DNA from: Lama glama
Taxonomy: Eukaryota
DNA length: 64,000 nucleotides
Direction of reading: 5' to 3'
Assembly: GCA_028534125.1 (NCBI GenBank)
Contig: CM052816.1
Span: 68,450,001 to 68,514,000, forward strand
A model generated the notes under the pieces. That model saw only the letters and a program-made list of their open reading frames with translations, did not search any database and was not told the origin of the DNA. A program made the translations under genes and the position numbers. Below are positions 40,301 to 54,700 of this stretch, in pieces; positions within the stretch are counted from its first letter, which is position 1; the number at the start of each line of letters is the position of its first letter.

Positions 40301-41400
40301 ACCAAATTTCCTTATTAGTAGCATTATTCTTATTATGAACCCTCATTAGATCTTCCCCATTTAACAATTATCAGTAATAGGCACAATCATTCAGTCACTG
40401 TCAACTACAAATAGCTTTTGTTTTTGTTTTGATACTTGCCCAAAGATTGTGCTATAAACTACAGATTAGAGTTTCTATCTTCAACAAAGGACAGACTCCA
40501 AGCCTTGTGGAAAAGGACCATTCTAGGCACTTCAAACTATTGATACCTCAAAGAATAGTCTTGGGTAGAAGACTGTAAGCTGATATTTTTGACAACTTGC
40601 AAACATCATTAGATTGAGTATGATTTCTAGGACTAGTCAAGAAGCAGACAGAATCATGAAAGCAGACTGTTCACAGATCCAGTGAAAGAAGAATTAATTA
40701 TATAAAACATCTGAGGAAACTCAGGAGAGGAATGCTTTCAAACTTCCAGGCACTGCAGATGAAATATATGGTAAACAGTGTTTCTTAGACTTAGTTTCCT
40801 ATTCTTCAGAGGCCTTTAAAAGTTCAATCTCAGATTTCTTAAGAAAATGTCTAGAAAGAAGATAATTTTGTAACTTTAGAATAGTTATTTAATACTGTAT
40901 GGCTCTACATTTGAAAAACAAACTCAAGGAGGCCATATTGATAAGGAACAGTCCTGCTCCACCTATGCAAACAGGACAAACATAGTGAGACCAGCCTCTC
41001 GTGATTAAGAACAATCTCTGAGATTATTGTGATCATGCAGGGGAGATAGGCTGTCAGAAAAAACTGCTGAGGACTTTGAAATGAGCAAATATGATTAACT
41101 ATCCAGCATACCCTTCAGGGTTGTCTGTGCCTTTTACTGTATTTCTTTTATACCTCTATTGCCAAATGACAGCAATGCAAATGATTCTTATCAATAAAAG
41201 TACAAATGAAAATTTCCCCTCAAATATAATTGATTATTGCTTTGTGGATATTGACCATTTTTACGTTTATCTGTAAATTTATCTTAGCCATCTGATATCC
41301 TACACATATATATGTTCTTTGAATTCTCCTTTGAACTGGCAATAACATCTTTCTAGTTCTCTTTGTAATTAATGAGCTCAATAAAATCTTTAACACCTGG
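37400..41400. mobile_element. Degenerate ERV1 internal-like sequence (MER4/MER34-int group)
   Basis: AT-rich sequence resembling non-coding MER4-group internal regions; no ORF. Confidence 0.35.
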
Positions 41401-41819
41401 TCATTCATTTAAAATTATGAAAAAGGCAGTTGGTTATACTACCATGAAATAATGAAATGCCCATGCATTTTAAAGGCAGAAGGGGAAAGTTAGCGGATTT
41501 AAAGATTAGACAATGAGATAAATTATATGAACAAAAATATGTAAAATGTGAGGATATATTGGATAACTATTCCATGCAAAGTGAAAAAAAGAATACAATA
41601 ATGAACTCTAAACTACAAAACATTTAACAGTTAAAAAAATATAGATGTATACCAAAAGTGCTTATACAATGACCTCAAAGTTTTCTCAGACGGAAAACAT
41701 CACTTCTGAAAAACTCTCTTCATTAGGATTATTCTCAAACTTTATTCCACAAATATATGTATTAAAAATCTTAAAGTGATTATACTAGAAATGTGCTCAA
41801 ATTTGAGCAAAACTGTAGA

Positions 41820-42010
41820 TTGCTTATCTCTTCTGCACTTGGGACTTCAATTTATACTGAGCAAGTTACTTGATCTCTCTGTATTTCAGTGTCCTCATCC
41901 TTAAAATGGGGATAACAAAGCCCACTTCAGAAGGTTGTTTGGAGAATTAAATGAGTTAACAACGCATGTAAAACAATCAAAACAGTATGCGGCCCGTAGC
42001 AGTTCCTATG
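41820..42010 (+). mobile_element. MIR
   Basis: gagcaagttacttgatctctctgtatttcagtgtcctcatccttaaaatggggataac. Confidence 0.75.
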
Positions 42011-42903
42011 CTTATTTTGTACACCAGAGTATATGTTATGAAACATATAATGAAGTAAACTAACATTTCTCAAACTCAAGATGAGTATTTGGTTTTGAAA
42101 AGTTTTTTTTATTTTAATAAAACTCAGTAAACTCTTAAAAAGTGACTTCTAAATCAACATTTTTCCCCCCTGGAAATTAAGAGAGATTTCTGCCTTCTTA
42201 TTCCCCAATCCCAACACTGACATTCCAACCAAAACAGATTTACTAAAATGGAGGAGGAGGGGAATGTATCCATGAAAGTACTCTTAGCCTGTGAGATGAC
42301 CAAAAAAAGTCTTAAAATGGCCGTATTAGATAATTTTATTTCCAGGCTCAAACTAAGGCTACCTCAATAAAACAAAGAAATACAACTTTCTAGAAAACTT
42401 GTGTGTTTTTTGGGGGGCATGGGGGGTGGATTTCTCATTAACATTGTCAAGGAACAGAATTAGATCTTTCAAGTCCCTTCCAGCTCTTACATTCTTTGAA
42501 TCTATGAATACAGGAAGACTTAGGAAGCAAAAACTGGGAACTAGAAATAAAACAAAGATTTCACTTTTGGTAAACAGAGCTTGATGTAAAGATATGTTAC
42601 TAATCCCTTCTATTTTTTTCTAAAACAAAAAAATATGTATTTCTGCCGGAATAGTTTTTAGTCAAACACTGTTAAACAAAGTCTCAAATCTTTCCTATAT
42701 TTAACATTTATGGAGAAGAATGGACTATACTGCTATATAATTCACACAGAAAACTGAGTCATAAAACCTTTTACAAAAAGAGCTTCAGAGAGGAAACAGT
42801 AATAACTTATTAAACTCATGCCCAAAATGCTTAAAGTAATTTTTAAAGTAATTTCTGTAAAAACAAAAATTGTGACAAAAATAATTATATCAATGTAAGA
42901 TAC

Positions 42904-43049
42904 CTATGTTTCGTAGAATTTCGACAAGTTTTTCTCTTTTTGAGTACTGGCCAACTTGGAGAATGGTCTGCTGAACATCTCTACATGCTCCACCCACTTG
43001 TCCAACAGCAACAAACAAATAATTCGACTTTAAAAACTCCCCAGCCAAC
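42904..43049 (-). CDS. DDX4: DDX4 exon 18 (146 nt)
   Basis: LAGEFLKSNYLFVAVGQVGGACRDVQQTILQVGQYSKREKLVEILRNI(G); GTATCT donor. Confidence 0.97.
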
Positions 43050-45077
43050 CTTGAAAGACAAAAGATTATTTCTTAACTTATCCTCTTCCATTAAAATTTA
43101 TAATATTACTGAATTCTTACAAGTGTTGCTTCAGTATTAATAAGCCAGTGTATAACAGCTATAGTAAGAGAAGGTGGATACTTACATCATCCAAGTACAA
43201 GTTTCAAAGATCAGTATAAAAATATTAAGATATTGTAAAATACATACCAACTACGAGTGAAAAAGTCTGTGTCAAGTTATGAATAAGTAATTTCAAGTGG
43301 ATGTGCTGACCATGCAAAACTATATACAATGTGTATTAATAATAAAAAGTAAACTGAAGTAAGTATCAGACTACAACAAGCAGGAATTTATTAAAAACTA
43401 AAATGCAAGCCTATGGCAAAAAGTCTGTTCTTCACTCATCACTTTTATGTATGTTACTTCTAGGATTTGTTTCCTGAAAATATTAGTTGTTAAATTATTA
43501 TCTTTCAAATGAACTATTACGAGCAAAGCAGATCTTAGGTCAGTGCTTTTCATGTCATGACAAACATACAAAATGATGATATTTGTAGAGCATAACTGGG
43601 GGAAAAAATGAGGCAAGAGGTGACAGGACTATGGGCTAGGACCCACTAGGCTGCAGATGCTCACACCAAAGGTTGAGGTTATCAGCATCTTGACACACAC
43701 ACAACTCACTGACAGCACACAATTAGAAAGCCCTGCTTTGGATCACCCAGAAACACAGGGTAGGGGAGAAGAGGAGAAAAGGGGAGGTCATGCACAGTTT
43801 CTCATTTTCTAGCTGCCTCCTAGCATATCAAGAAAATAGTTCAAACTCAGCATATCCAGAATCTTAATAAATCACAATTGCTTCTTTCCCTTCACCTGCT
43901 CTCTTACCATAAAATAAAAAAAAAAAAAGCTTCTTGTTGGTACACTACTTCTAGAGTCAAGCACCCTCTCCCTAGGCACAAACCTTGAAATCTTCTGCGA
44001 TTCTAAACTGTCCATCATCCTTTACACTCACTAAAACATACAGTGAGTGCATCATGTCAGGCATAAATGGTACAAGGTACTGGGAGTACAAAGATGAATA
44101 TGATGGCCTCTGCCTCTGAAGTCCTCACATCAAGTAGGATAAATATAGTTATATAAAAAACAATTACTATAATTTAAAAATATTTTATATAGTTCAATGT
44201 TTACACATTTTAATTATTTAATGTTTTAATATAATAATCTAGTATTACAATAGTTAACATTTATTGAACCTTATTCCAAGAAAAGTATAGTGTTTTAAAT
44301 AGCTTCTTTCACAAGATACACTGACAGGACACGGATGAAATGATGTCTGTTAAGAGGGTCTTCAAGTTTGAAGCTTGATCTAAGGAAGCAGCAAGCAAGA
44401 ATGTGAAACACCGATGACTTGGGGAAAGGCACTCTATGCAGAAGGAAAGAAGAAATAAGAATAAATAATGAGGAGGAACAGAAACTGGCTTGTGCAGCCA
44501 ACAGGAAGTAATCCTAAAAGGCCAGAAATATATTATTCCAGGTAAGAAAGTGGCAGATGAGGCCAAGATTATGTCATGTGTAAAAGAATTTGAAAGTTGT
44601 TTAGTCTGTAGAGATAGAAAGGCATGAGGAGGGTTATTTTGAATAAATGACTACAAATACCAGAATTTGTTTTGGAATTTTCACTAGTGCAAAAGTGAGA
44701 TTACAGGTAGGGGGACAGATTAGAAAGCTACTACCAATGAGCAGTGGGAATCTGAAAAGGACCTAATATAAGGTGGGAAATAGAGGAGAAACTAATATAT
44801 TTGAATCATCTTAGAGGTAACTGCCACGTTGAATATTAAAGGGCAGAAAGTTAAAAGAGGATGAGGTGGGAATCAACATGATTCAAAGGATTTTTGCCTT
44901 CAAAAGACCATGAGGCCGTTAAGAAAACTGGAAAGAGGGAGTTGAAGAATACATTCAATTTTGAACTTTATGAACATGAGTTAGTTACTGGTAATTTACC
45001 TAAAAGGAAAAACATCCCTAAAGAGTTCAGTCTAAAAGTCTGGAGCCGAGGAGAGAGATTAAGAGTACAAGTAATAA

Positions 45078-46017
45078 CCGAGTTGCTTGTTTTTTGATAT
45101 TAAGTTGTATGAGTTCTTCATGTATTTTGCAATATTAACCCCTTATCAAACATATTGTTTGCAAATATCTTCTCCTAGTCAGTAGGCTTTCTGTTTTGTT
45201 TTGTTGGTTTCCTTCAGAGTGCAAAACAAACAATGCAATTAAAAAATGAGCAGAGGACCAGAATAGATATTTTTCCTAAGATAACATACAGATGGCCAAC
45301 AGGCACATGAAAAGATCAGTATCACTGACCATCAGGGAAATGCAAATCAAAGCCACACTAAGATATCACTTCAAATTGGTCAAAATGGCTATTTTCGAAA
45401 AGACAAAAAACAACAAGGATTGGCGAGGATGTGGGGAAAAGTTACCCTTATGCACTGCTGGTGAGAATGTAAATTGGTACAGCCACTATGGAAAACAGTA
45501 GAGGTTCCTCAAAAAATTAAAAATTAACTACCATACAGAGCAATTCCACTCCACATATATACCCAAAGAAAATGAAAACACTAATTTGAAAAGATACACG
45601 TACTCTAATGTTCATAGTAGCATTATTAACAATAGCCAAGATAAGAAAACAACCTAAGTTTCCATCAACAGATGAATGGATAAAGAAGATGTGTATATAT
45701 ACATACACACACACATACATAGATACATACCTACAACGGAATATTACTTGGCCATAAAAGAAGAATGAAATTTTGCCATCTGTAACAACAAAGACGGACC
45801 TGGAGGGTATAATGCTTAGGAAATAAGTAACAAAAAAACAAATTCTGTATGTTTTCACAAACACAATGAAACAGAAACAGACTCATAGATACTGAAGACA
45901 AAACAGTGGTTAATAGAAGGGAGGAAGTTGAGGGAGGAGTAAAATAGGTCAAAAGGATTAAGAGTTATGAACTACTAGATATAAAATAAATTAAATTACA
46001 AGGATGTAATGTATAGC
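45078..46017 (+). mobile_element. L1 with 5' inversion (45078-~45225 inverted)
   Basis: Plus [24 protein letters not shown]; the immediately preceding L1 segment is in reverse orientation. Confidence 0.88.
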
Positions 46018-46298
46018 TCGCTTGTGCTTTCTCTCACACTCTCGCTCATGTGCGAGTGCGAGTGCACGCACACACACACTACTTTAATAAAATGTGATGC
46101 TAATGTGAAGCTGGGAATTCAGGTAAGATACAGAAAAATATGGCAAACTTTTTAGAAATATTTGTACTTTTTAAACTACTTATGTTACAATCTTAAATCT
46201 TTTAAAAAGTAAATCACTCAAAAATAAATTCACATTGTTTTTCCTTCCATAAAAGAATCTATCTACATAGCAATTACTTTTAAAAAGAAAGAAATTTA

Positions 46299-46490
<192 letters not shown>

Positions 46491-46714
46491 TTAATATATT
46501 AAACCAAAATATTATCCACAATGCCAACTATTCACATGTTCTTAATGATGATTAGAAATCAATGCATAAAATGATGAGTCATTATGCATAGGTAATGCTA
46601 CTGTTTATTTCAGTTCTGAATTTTCTCTTATGTTATGAAACATTTTATAACATTAAAACCAAAACACCTAGGTTAGTACTACACAACAGACCTTTCTGCT
46701 AGTACTTAAAAAAT

Positions 46715-46868
46715 TCTGTCTTCACTGTTAGCCACTGGCTACATGCAGCTATTAAGAACTTGAAATGTGGCTAGCATGCTTGAAGAAATAACCTTTAATT
46801 TTGTATTATTTTTAAATTTAAATAGTCACATGTGATTAGTGACTACTGTACTGGACATCACAGATCTA
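46715..46868. mobile_element. MER3-like hAT MITE
   Basis: tagccactggctacatgcagctattaagaacttgaaatgtggctag..agtcacatgtgattagtgactactgtactggaca. Confidence 0.7.
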
Positions 46869-47813
46869 GACTGTGTTATCTGGCATGGTCAGACTCTTTA
46901 ATGTAAGAAACAAAATTTCCTAACAGCATGACATATTCCAATGTCTTATAACTGGTAAATTTATTTCTAACTCCTTTAAACCCTTAATATATCCTCCACT
47001 CTCTAATAACTCAGGAACAACTAGGAAATTTTTCTTACCTATCACAAACACTTAGTACTAAAAATAGAAGCACACATTTGCAAAAAATACCAAGTGACTT
47101 TGGTACCCCACAAAAGATGTTTAGCAGTAAATCAAGGTGGATTTCTCTAGATACTCTTAATAAGTATCCTAAGAAAAGTTCCTTTATGCAGAAAGAGCAC
47201 GTTTTGAATAACCCTTTTAGAGAAGAGCCTAAAAAAGCAAAATCAGGGTCATAAAAGGAATTAAAAATATTGATACAGATGTAATAATGTAATAATGTGA
47301 ATACAAAAAATAAACACATACCCCTAAAATCTCTTTCTAAAGACAGAAAATTAACAACCCTGGGTAACATCACTCCCAGACTTAAATAGGAGACAAAATT
47401 AGTGATGCCACAAAGGCTTTTTTCCAGGTAAAAAATTATTTCTTCAAGATATATATGAAACTAGATAAAAGCATTTATTGCATTTTTCTCCCAGAGTAGT
47501 GGGGTATAGGATATAGATTCCAGAATCAAATACAGATTCTAACCCTAGCTCTACATTTACTAGAGCTATCTGATGGGTTTTAAGTAAATTACGTAATCTC
47601 ACTAAGTTTGTTTTCCCAAGTATAAAATGGAAAATACTATTTACCTCCCATTGGGATTAAGATTTATATGAAAACGTATTCAAAGAATCTGATGGGGGCC
47701 TAATACATAAATTGTGCTCTAATAATTGTATGTATATTTATACCATTCTCTCTTTCCCATACAAAATAAATTATTAATCAATCCCACAATTTTGTTATCC
47801 CTCTAGAGCCTAC

Positions 47814-47943
47814 CTTTTCTTTACTTATGATATCCATCAGTCTCCCAGGAGTAGCACATAATATATTACAGCCTTGCACTATTTGTCGAATTGAATGCCC
47901 GAACTGGGTTCCCCCATACGTAACAACAGCTCTTACACAAGTC
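47814..47943 (-). CDS. DDX4: DDX4 exon 16 (130 nt), GG and TPGR motifs
   Basis: [43 protein letters not shown] (inside ORF 47778..47966); GTAGG donor. Confidence 0.98.
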
Positions 47944-49469
47944 CTATTGACAAGAAAAAATATCATTTTCTAGTTATTTGAAAATTAACCATTTTTTCTA
48001 ACAAAATGTAAAAAAAAAATCCATAATGAAAAAGCTAATACATTTAACCATCTTTAAAAAAATTAAATTCTTCCCAGAAAGTTGAAAAACTGTAGGGGAA
48101 AAAAATTTACAACTTGTCTGATAAAGGTCTCTTCAAACACAATGATAAACATGACCAGCATCCACACAAGAATAGGCCAAAAACATTAACAAATGGCTCA
48201 TAAAAAATACAAATGGCTTTTAAAAACTGTAAGTTCAATATTATTTTTAAAAGCTAAACATATGACTAAAGACATTTTCCCTCAAGTATAATAATACCAT
48301 GTTAGCCAGCGTGTAGAAAAATTGGCACTCAGGATGATAAACTGATACAACCCCTTTCACAATTTTAGTCTCTATAAAAATTTGAAAACTTATCTTTTTC
48401 CCAGTAAATTCACATCTAGCAATTTACCCTTCAGTTATGTCCCCACAAATGGATAAATATGACTATACAGTTAACAGTCACTGCCAATATTATTTTTAGT
48501 ATCAAAAGATTATAAACTATCTGTCTAACAATAGAAGACTTAAAATTACAGTCCACCCATACAAAGGAATATTGTGCATTCATAAGGAATACAGTTCTGG
48601 AGTAAGTGTTAGCTCCAACATACACTATTTCTTAAAAACTGGGTGACAACAGGCCTAGTATGCCACCATTTGTTGAGAGGATGATTTAAGTGCATATATG
48701 TGCACCAGCTATTTCTACAATAATTCATACAAAACTGTTAATAGAGGATAACTCTGAAGAAGAGAATTAAAGGACAGGGAGCCAAGGGTTTAAAAAAATT
48801 TTATGCTTTATTAAATAAATTCATTGCTTTAAATGGATTATTTTCCACTATTGTGAGGACTAAATGAGTTCACATATATAAAACACTTATAACTTAGCAT
48901 ATTCAATAACTTAGTTATGATCATTATTATTCTAAATGTACCATAACTTAACCAGTCCTGGACTGACATTTAGATACTTTTCAGTCTTTTGCCGCAACAA
49001 TTTTGCAACAGATATCCATGTACAAATATTCATTTTGTGCATACATACTATCTGTATGTACATATTTCCCATGTACATATTTTTGTTTTTTGAAAAATAA
49101 AGTTATCATCTTTTGACTTTTAGATTTAAAAGCCTGAAGAGCAACATAATACACAGGGATCAGCAAGAAGTAAACACTGTTAAAAGCAATATATATCTGT
49201 TTTTTCCAAAAGACCTATCAAGCTTGACATTAAAGGGATTTTAGTAGTTTTAGGGTTTTTTTCCTCTCATTTTAAATAAACTGACATACAAAAGGAAAGG
49301 TTATGCTTCTACACAGAAGGCTCGAAAAAAACTGTAGAGGAAAAAACACTAATATCCCAATAGATAAACTGGTAGATAACAAATGGATAATTCACAAGGG
49401 AAAACTTATTAAGCATTCAAAAAGTAGTTCAAACTCTCAATCAAATAAATGAAAAAAAATGAAGATACC

Positions 49470-50088
49470 TGTGGTAGTTTTAACATGTGTACACAAATTG
49501 TTAGATACTCCTTTCTTCTTTTAAATATAGATCCTAAATCCCTTCCCTCTAAGTGTGTGCAAGGTGGCTTCATAGGTGTGCAACCTGTGCAGTCAGACAG
49601 GGTCCCCCAAGCCTAGAAGAGCCTTGAACTTGGTTTTATGCTCCATTTGCTTCCTTAAAATTTGTAATAATTTTTCTAAAAAGGACGCTTCATTTTCATT
49701 TTGCATTAGTCCTGGCAAATTACATAGCCAGTCCTGACGATGGGCCAGGCTTAGCGACTTGCTTATTTAGTAACACAGAATACGGCAAAAGTGACTACAA
49801 CTATTTTTTAAAAGCCACTGCAACCTCCCCCCTGCCTTTTCTCATTGATCAATCTAAAGAAGTCAGCTGCCATTTCCTAAGGACAACTAAGTATCCTTAC
49901 GGAGATCCAGTCAAGCCTTCAGATGACTGCAATCCTAGTTGATATTCTGTTTGCAACTTTGTAAGAGTCCCCTAAAGCCAGAAGCACCCAGCTAAACTGT
50001 TCCCCAATTTCTAACCCTCAGAAACTATAATATTTATTGTTCTGAGCAACCAAATTTTAGGGTAGGCAGCAACAGATAACTCATACAA
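49470..50088 (+). mobile_element. MLT1 LTR with nested MER91-like insert (~49563-49736)
   Basis: agccttcagatgactgcaatcc..cacccagctaaactg..gcaacagataactcataca; insert ggcttcataggtgtgcaacctgtgcagtc. Confidence 0.6.
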
Positions 50089-50850
50089 TATCAAATATTG
50101 GCAAAGTGTATAGTGAAAGTGGCATTCTTGTATATTGTTGGTAGAATGCAAGCTTTAAAGTAAGTCCATAATCTAAAATTAAATTTATAAAAATCTACTC
50201 TAAGAAAATACTCAAAACATAAAAATAGAAAAAGTTTATATAGCAGGCTGTTCATTACAGTAAGAATTATTTTTATTTACAGTAGTCCCAATTTGGAAAC
50301 AACCTAAATCCCAAAACAGAGAAATAAAATACATACATATGTACAATCATAAAGTCACTAAAAATTAGGTCTAATTGTCAAATAAACAATTGTCCATTTT
50401 ATGAAGTTATATATAAAAGAACAAAAAATTATTATGAACACCCTAAGCTCACCTTTTAAACATGCATTAAAAACTATCCAAAAAACCAATATGTTCACTA
50501 TTGTCTTATATTTCTACTTCTATTATCATTTCATTTTTTTATGTGTTTGGTTTTTTTTTATTAATACATTTCATTTTTTTTAGAGCAATTTCAGGTTCAC
50601 AGCAGAATTGAGCAGAAAATACACAGTTCATTCTCCTCAAAAAACAAACAAAAATCCAATTTTTAATAAGCACGTTTCTTTTAAAAAATAAACAGCTTCT
50701 ATAAACAAGATTATGAAAAAGTAAATTTCAATCAAATAACATTAAATTACACGAGTGCCTTATTACTCACGCACTGAGCTATTCCCAAAATAAGTAAGAA
50801 GAATCTCTTAAGTAAAACTTATTTGTGAGTGGTATTCCAGATGCACTTAC

Positions 50851-51005
50851 CCAAAAGAAAATTTTCTGGCTTCCAAATAGATCTGATTGATCAGTTCTCG
50901 AGTTGGTGCTACAATAATACACTCTGGTTCCTGTAGCTCTTTAAAGCGACTGGCAGTTATTCCTTCACGCATCAGATGAGCCAAAATTGGCAAGAGAAAA
51001 GCTGC
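50851..51005 (-). CDS. DDX4: DDX4 exon 15 (155 nt), motif Ia
   Basis: [51 protein letters not shown](G); GTAAGT donor. Confidence 0.98.
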
Positions 51006-52141
51006 CTAAAAGTTAAATTGCTTAATTTATAAATTTATAATACATCATCCTTCTCCCTATGGCAACCTATTGCTCATGTCCTTGTACCTTTTAGATACTT
51101 CTTTCACCTTTTTGGTAAATATGAGAAAGGAAAACAGTTTTTATTTCAATTAGTTTTTAACATTTAGGTCTTTATGCTCAAAATATACAATATAAAATGT
51201 GTGATAAAGTTAATCTACCCTATCAAAATATTTTTTAGTTCTTTTTTTAAAAAGCACAGCCACAGATTCTAAATAAACATTAACTTATAAAGGTGAATGT
51301 AGCATTTAGTAGTTATTCTATTGGGGGTAGTAATAAAATCATCAATCAGAATTCATGACAAATGTGGCCCACAAGCAGAGCAAATACTGAAAACCATTTA
51401 TTTGGATTACTAAACATATCACCCTTATTAAAGTTACATGTGGCAAGAGAAATTCTGTGCTATAGTTTTCTCATTAAGCAAGTAAGACACTAAAATCTAC
51501 CTCCAAAACCATATTTAAGTCACACACCTGCTGCTATATTATACAAATCACCTATTTTCCCTTCTACTCTACTTTGGAGGCTTCTTAAGACTAACATAGT
51601 ATGAACCAAGACTCTGTGATCCTGAAAATAATAGTCTTTAAGACTCATCTCATGAAACCCTATTTAACAGACTAAACTCACAGTCTAGTCCTAAGACCAA
51701 CCTGGTCTCACCCGAGTTGTTTTAGAATTAGTATAACCTGAGGTCACTTCATACTAAGGACCAGGTACAGCATATAGCTATTCCTCATTCTTTTGACTCC
51801 AAACTTGTATCAGCTATATTACACAAATTATTTTATCCCTTTCTCTGTTTCTTATAACCTCTGGTGCTTTGACCCTCAATCATTTTGTTTTAGATACTAC
51901 TATGTTCCACAGAAGGAGCTGAACACAGAAAGAGATTAAACATCTATGAACTGCAACACTACTCCAGAAATAGTTGAAAATTCTTTCTTCCAAAGTACAC
52001 AAACCCCAGTAAAGCCAGAAATCAGAAGCAAAAACACGAATGTTTATGACAGTTCACTGAAATCATCTACTTGGGGAGAACCAAAGTTCAAAAAGTAACA
52101 GTTTGAATATGGGACAAAATACATGTAGGAAAACGACTTAC

Positions 52142-52294
52142 AGTCTTTCCAGACCCTGTTTGAGCACAAGCCATCAAATCTCGTCCTCCTAGTATAATAG
52201 GAATACTGTATTTTTGCACAGGAGTAAGCTTAGTATAACCAGCTTTAGCAATATTACTATTTAGTGTCTGACAGAGATTAGCTTCTTCAAAAGT
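52142..52294 (-). CDS. DDX4: DDX4 exon 14 (153 nt), Q motif and Walker A
   Basis: [57 protein letters not shown] donor. Confidence 0.98.
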
Positions 52295-52938
52295 CTTAGA
52301 AAAAAAAAAAGAAGCAGGAGGTAGTGATTAAATTCCACATATCATATGCAAATCATTCCACAAACATATTCCATTTGAATTAGTTTCAAGTTGTTAATCC
52401 CACTTTATATACTAAAGTTAACTTTACAAATATGCCCCCACTCAAAAGTAATATCCAGAAACTTTGTTATTACTTGATAGAAATAATAAGTATTCCTTAT
52501 AGACAGTGGTTCTAAAAACTTTTTCCACCCCTTAAAACCTGTGAGATACAAACAACTCTGATCAGTAACAACTGCTCATTATCAACAGGGGACTCAGGGC
52601 TCCCCCACTCCTTAGAAAATCAATCCCCTAAGACACACTTTCTTACATACTTAGGAAACAGAAATCTTGAATTTCTAAGAAAAGTATCCTTTTTAGTAAA
52701 TTTAAATAAAGTTCTCATTCTGGTTGGGGGAGGTGGAGAAGAAATATAATATTCTTCATTTCAACATAGCAATTAATCCTAACGTAGATGGTAGACAGGG
52801 TTCTAAATTTCCAACCTAAGACATTAGATATTCAATATGAAATGTTTGTAGTTTTAAATATCAACTTTAAAAAAGTACTAAATTTTTTTAAACCAAAGTT
52901 TGCTACATGGTTATTATAGGAATAATTATTATACTGAC

Positions 52939-53081
52939 CAGAATTGCTGGTGGTGCATCATGTCCAGATACTTCTACAAGAATAGTATCATATTTGTCAA
53001 AGTTTATGCCTGTCTGATAATGAGCAAAGATGGAGTCCTCATCCTCAGGTGGAGGTGGTGGTATGTAGGTCACTTTTGGAC
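52939..53081 (-). CDS. DDX4: DDX4 exon 13 (143 nt)
   Basis: (G)[53 protein letters not shown] donor. Confidence 0.97.
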
Positions 53082-53311
53082 CTTAGAATTTAAATAAAAC
53101 AGAAAATTATATTCTACAAGTACTAGAATAAAAATAAAAAGGAAAACAAACAAAAACTGATAAACTCAAATTTTAAATACTGTAGAAATTCCCAATGTCT
53201 ACCATTAAAGTTTTCATTTGAAATTTTTAAAAAGTTAACTGTTTTTAAATATTCTGCATTTGTATTAAAATGCAAAATACATTCATGTGGATCACACAAA
53301 AATTAATATAC

Positions 53312-53359
53312 CTTGAGTGTCACCACTTTCTCCTCCTTCAGCTTCTGACTTCCAAGAAT
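53312..53359 (-). CDS. DDX4: DDX4 exon 12 (48 nt)
   Basis: (N)SWKSEAEGGESGDTQ(G); ttttaag acceptor, GTATAT donor. Confidence 0.95.
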
Positions 53360-53464
53360 CTTAAAAGGAATCAAATCCAAAAAAGAGATAAATATTTTTA
53401 AAAACTGAAGGGTAAAACAACTCTCAATATAAAAATCAAATATCTTATCTAAAGTAAAACTTAC

Positions 53465-53512
53465 TCTTTTCAGAGCCTGTAATTACTTCTTCATTTAAAC
53501 CTTTGTAACCAC
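53465..53512 (-). CDS. DDX4: DDX4 exon 11 (48 nt)
   Basis: (G)GYKGLNEEVITGSEK(N); aatag acceptor, GTAAGT donor. Confidence 0.95.
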
Positions 53513-53837
53513 CTATTAAAGAAATCCACAGTGAAAGTCAGTCAAGATACAAAGTTGTGCACATTTTTATTTTTATTGCTTGTCTTCAAAGAGAACAAGT
53601 TCTAAAAATGGAGACACATCTGTAAAGTCCCTTTGTACAAATGATACTTGAGGCAATTAAGACAAATAGAACCCTAAACATTTTTAAGCTTCCTCAGCAT
53701 TCAAAATGCTGATTTTATGAAGATTACACTGTTATAATACATTGTTATTTTTTGTTTAAGCTATTATGTCTCTTTCCTAATTTCTATATTCCTCAGTAAA
53801 GAAATATATTTTCTAAAAGGAACTGAAAATCTATTTG

Positions 53838-54201
53838 TGTTGGGATGTCCTCAGTACAACACATAGGTTTTATGATTTGCTAGGACTCAGAATATAATCA
53901 TAATCACGGCTATGACTTACTACACAGAAAGGAGAGGGAGCAAAATCAGCAAAGGAAAAAGGTGTATGGGGAAAGTCCACAGAAAACCAGGCATAAACTT
54001 CCAAGAGTCTCTCCCATGGTGTCACATAGGACAAGCTTAATTTCCCCTATGTCAAGCTGTGGCAACACTTTGGAAATGCTGTTTACCCGAGAAGATTCAG
54101 TACCCAAAGTTTTTATGAGGGGTTGATAATGTAGGCACCTTCTGCTTGGCATATACCAAAATTCCAGACTCCCAGAAGAAAAGCAGGAATTCAGCATAAT
54201 C
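53838..54201 (-). mobile_element. MER21-family LTR running into the gap
   Basis: caaaatcagcaaaggaaaaagg..aaccaggcataaacttccaagagtctctcccatggtgtcacatagga. Confidence 0.7.
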
Positions 54202-54700
54202 NNNNNNNNNNNNNNNNNNNNNNNNNNNNNNNNNNNNNNNNNNNNNNNNNNNNNNNNNNNNNNNNNNNNNNNNNNNNNNNNNNNNNNNNNNNNNNNNNNN
54301 NNNNNNNNNNNNNNNNNNNNNNNNNNNNNNNNNNNNNNNNNNNNNNNNNNNNNNNNNNNNNNNNNNNNNNNNNNNNNNNNNNNNNNNNNNNNNNNNNNNN
54401 NNNNNNNNNNNNNNNNNNNNNNNNNNNNNNNNNNNNNNNNNNNNNNNNNNNNNNNNNNNNNNNNNNNNNNNNNNNNNNNNNNNNNNNNNNNNNNNNNNNN
54501 NNNNNNNNNNNNNNNNNNNNNNNNNNNNNNNNNNNNNNNNNNNNNNNNNNNNNNNNNNNNNNNNNNNNNNNNNNNNNNNNNNNNNNNNNNNNNNNNNNNN
54601 NNNNNNNNNNNNNNNNNNNNNNNNNNNNNNNNNNNNNNNNNNNNNNNNNNNNNNNNNNNNNNNNNNNNNNNNNNNNNNNNNNNNNNNNNNNNNNNNNNNN
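54202..54700. other. Assembly gap (499 N)
   Basis: Run of N. Confidence 1.

Noticed and set aside
52900..53097. Plus-strand ORFs overlapping DDX4 exons (also 42940-43140 and 33589-33900)
   Set aside because: Antisense shadows of real exons with no independent support
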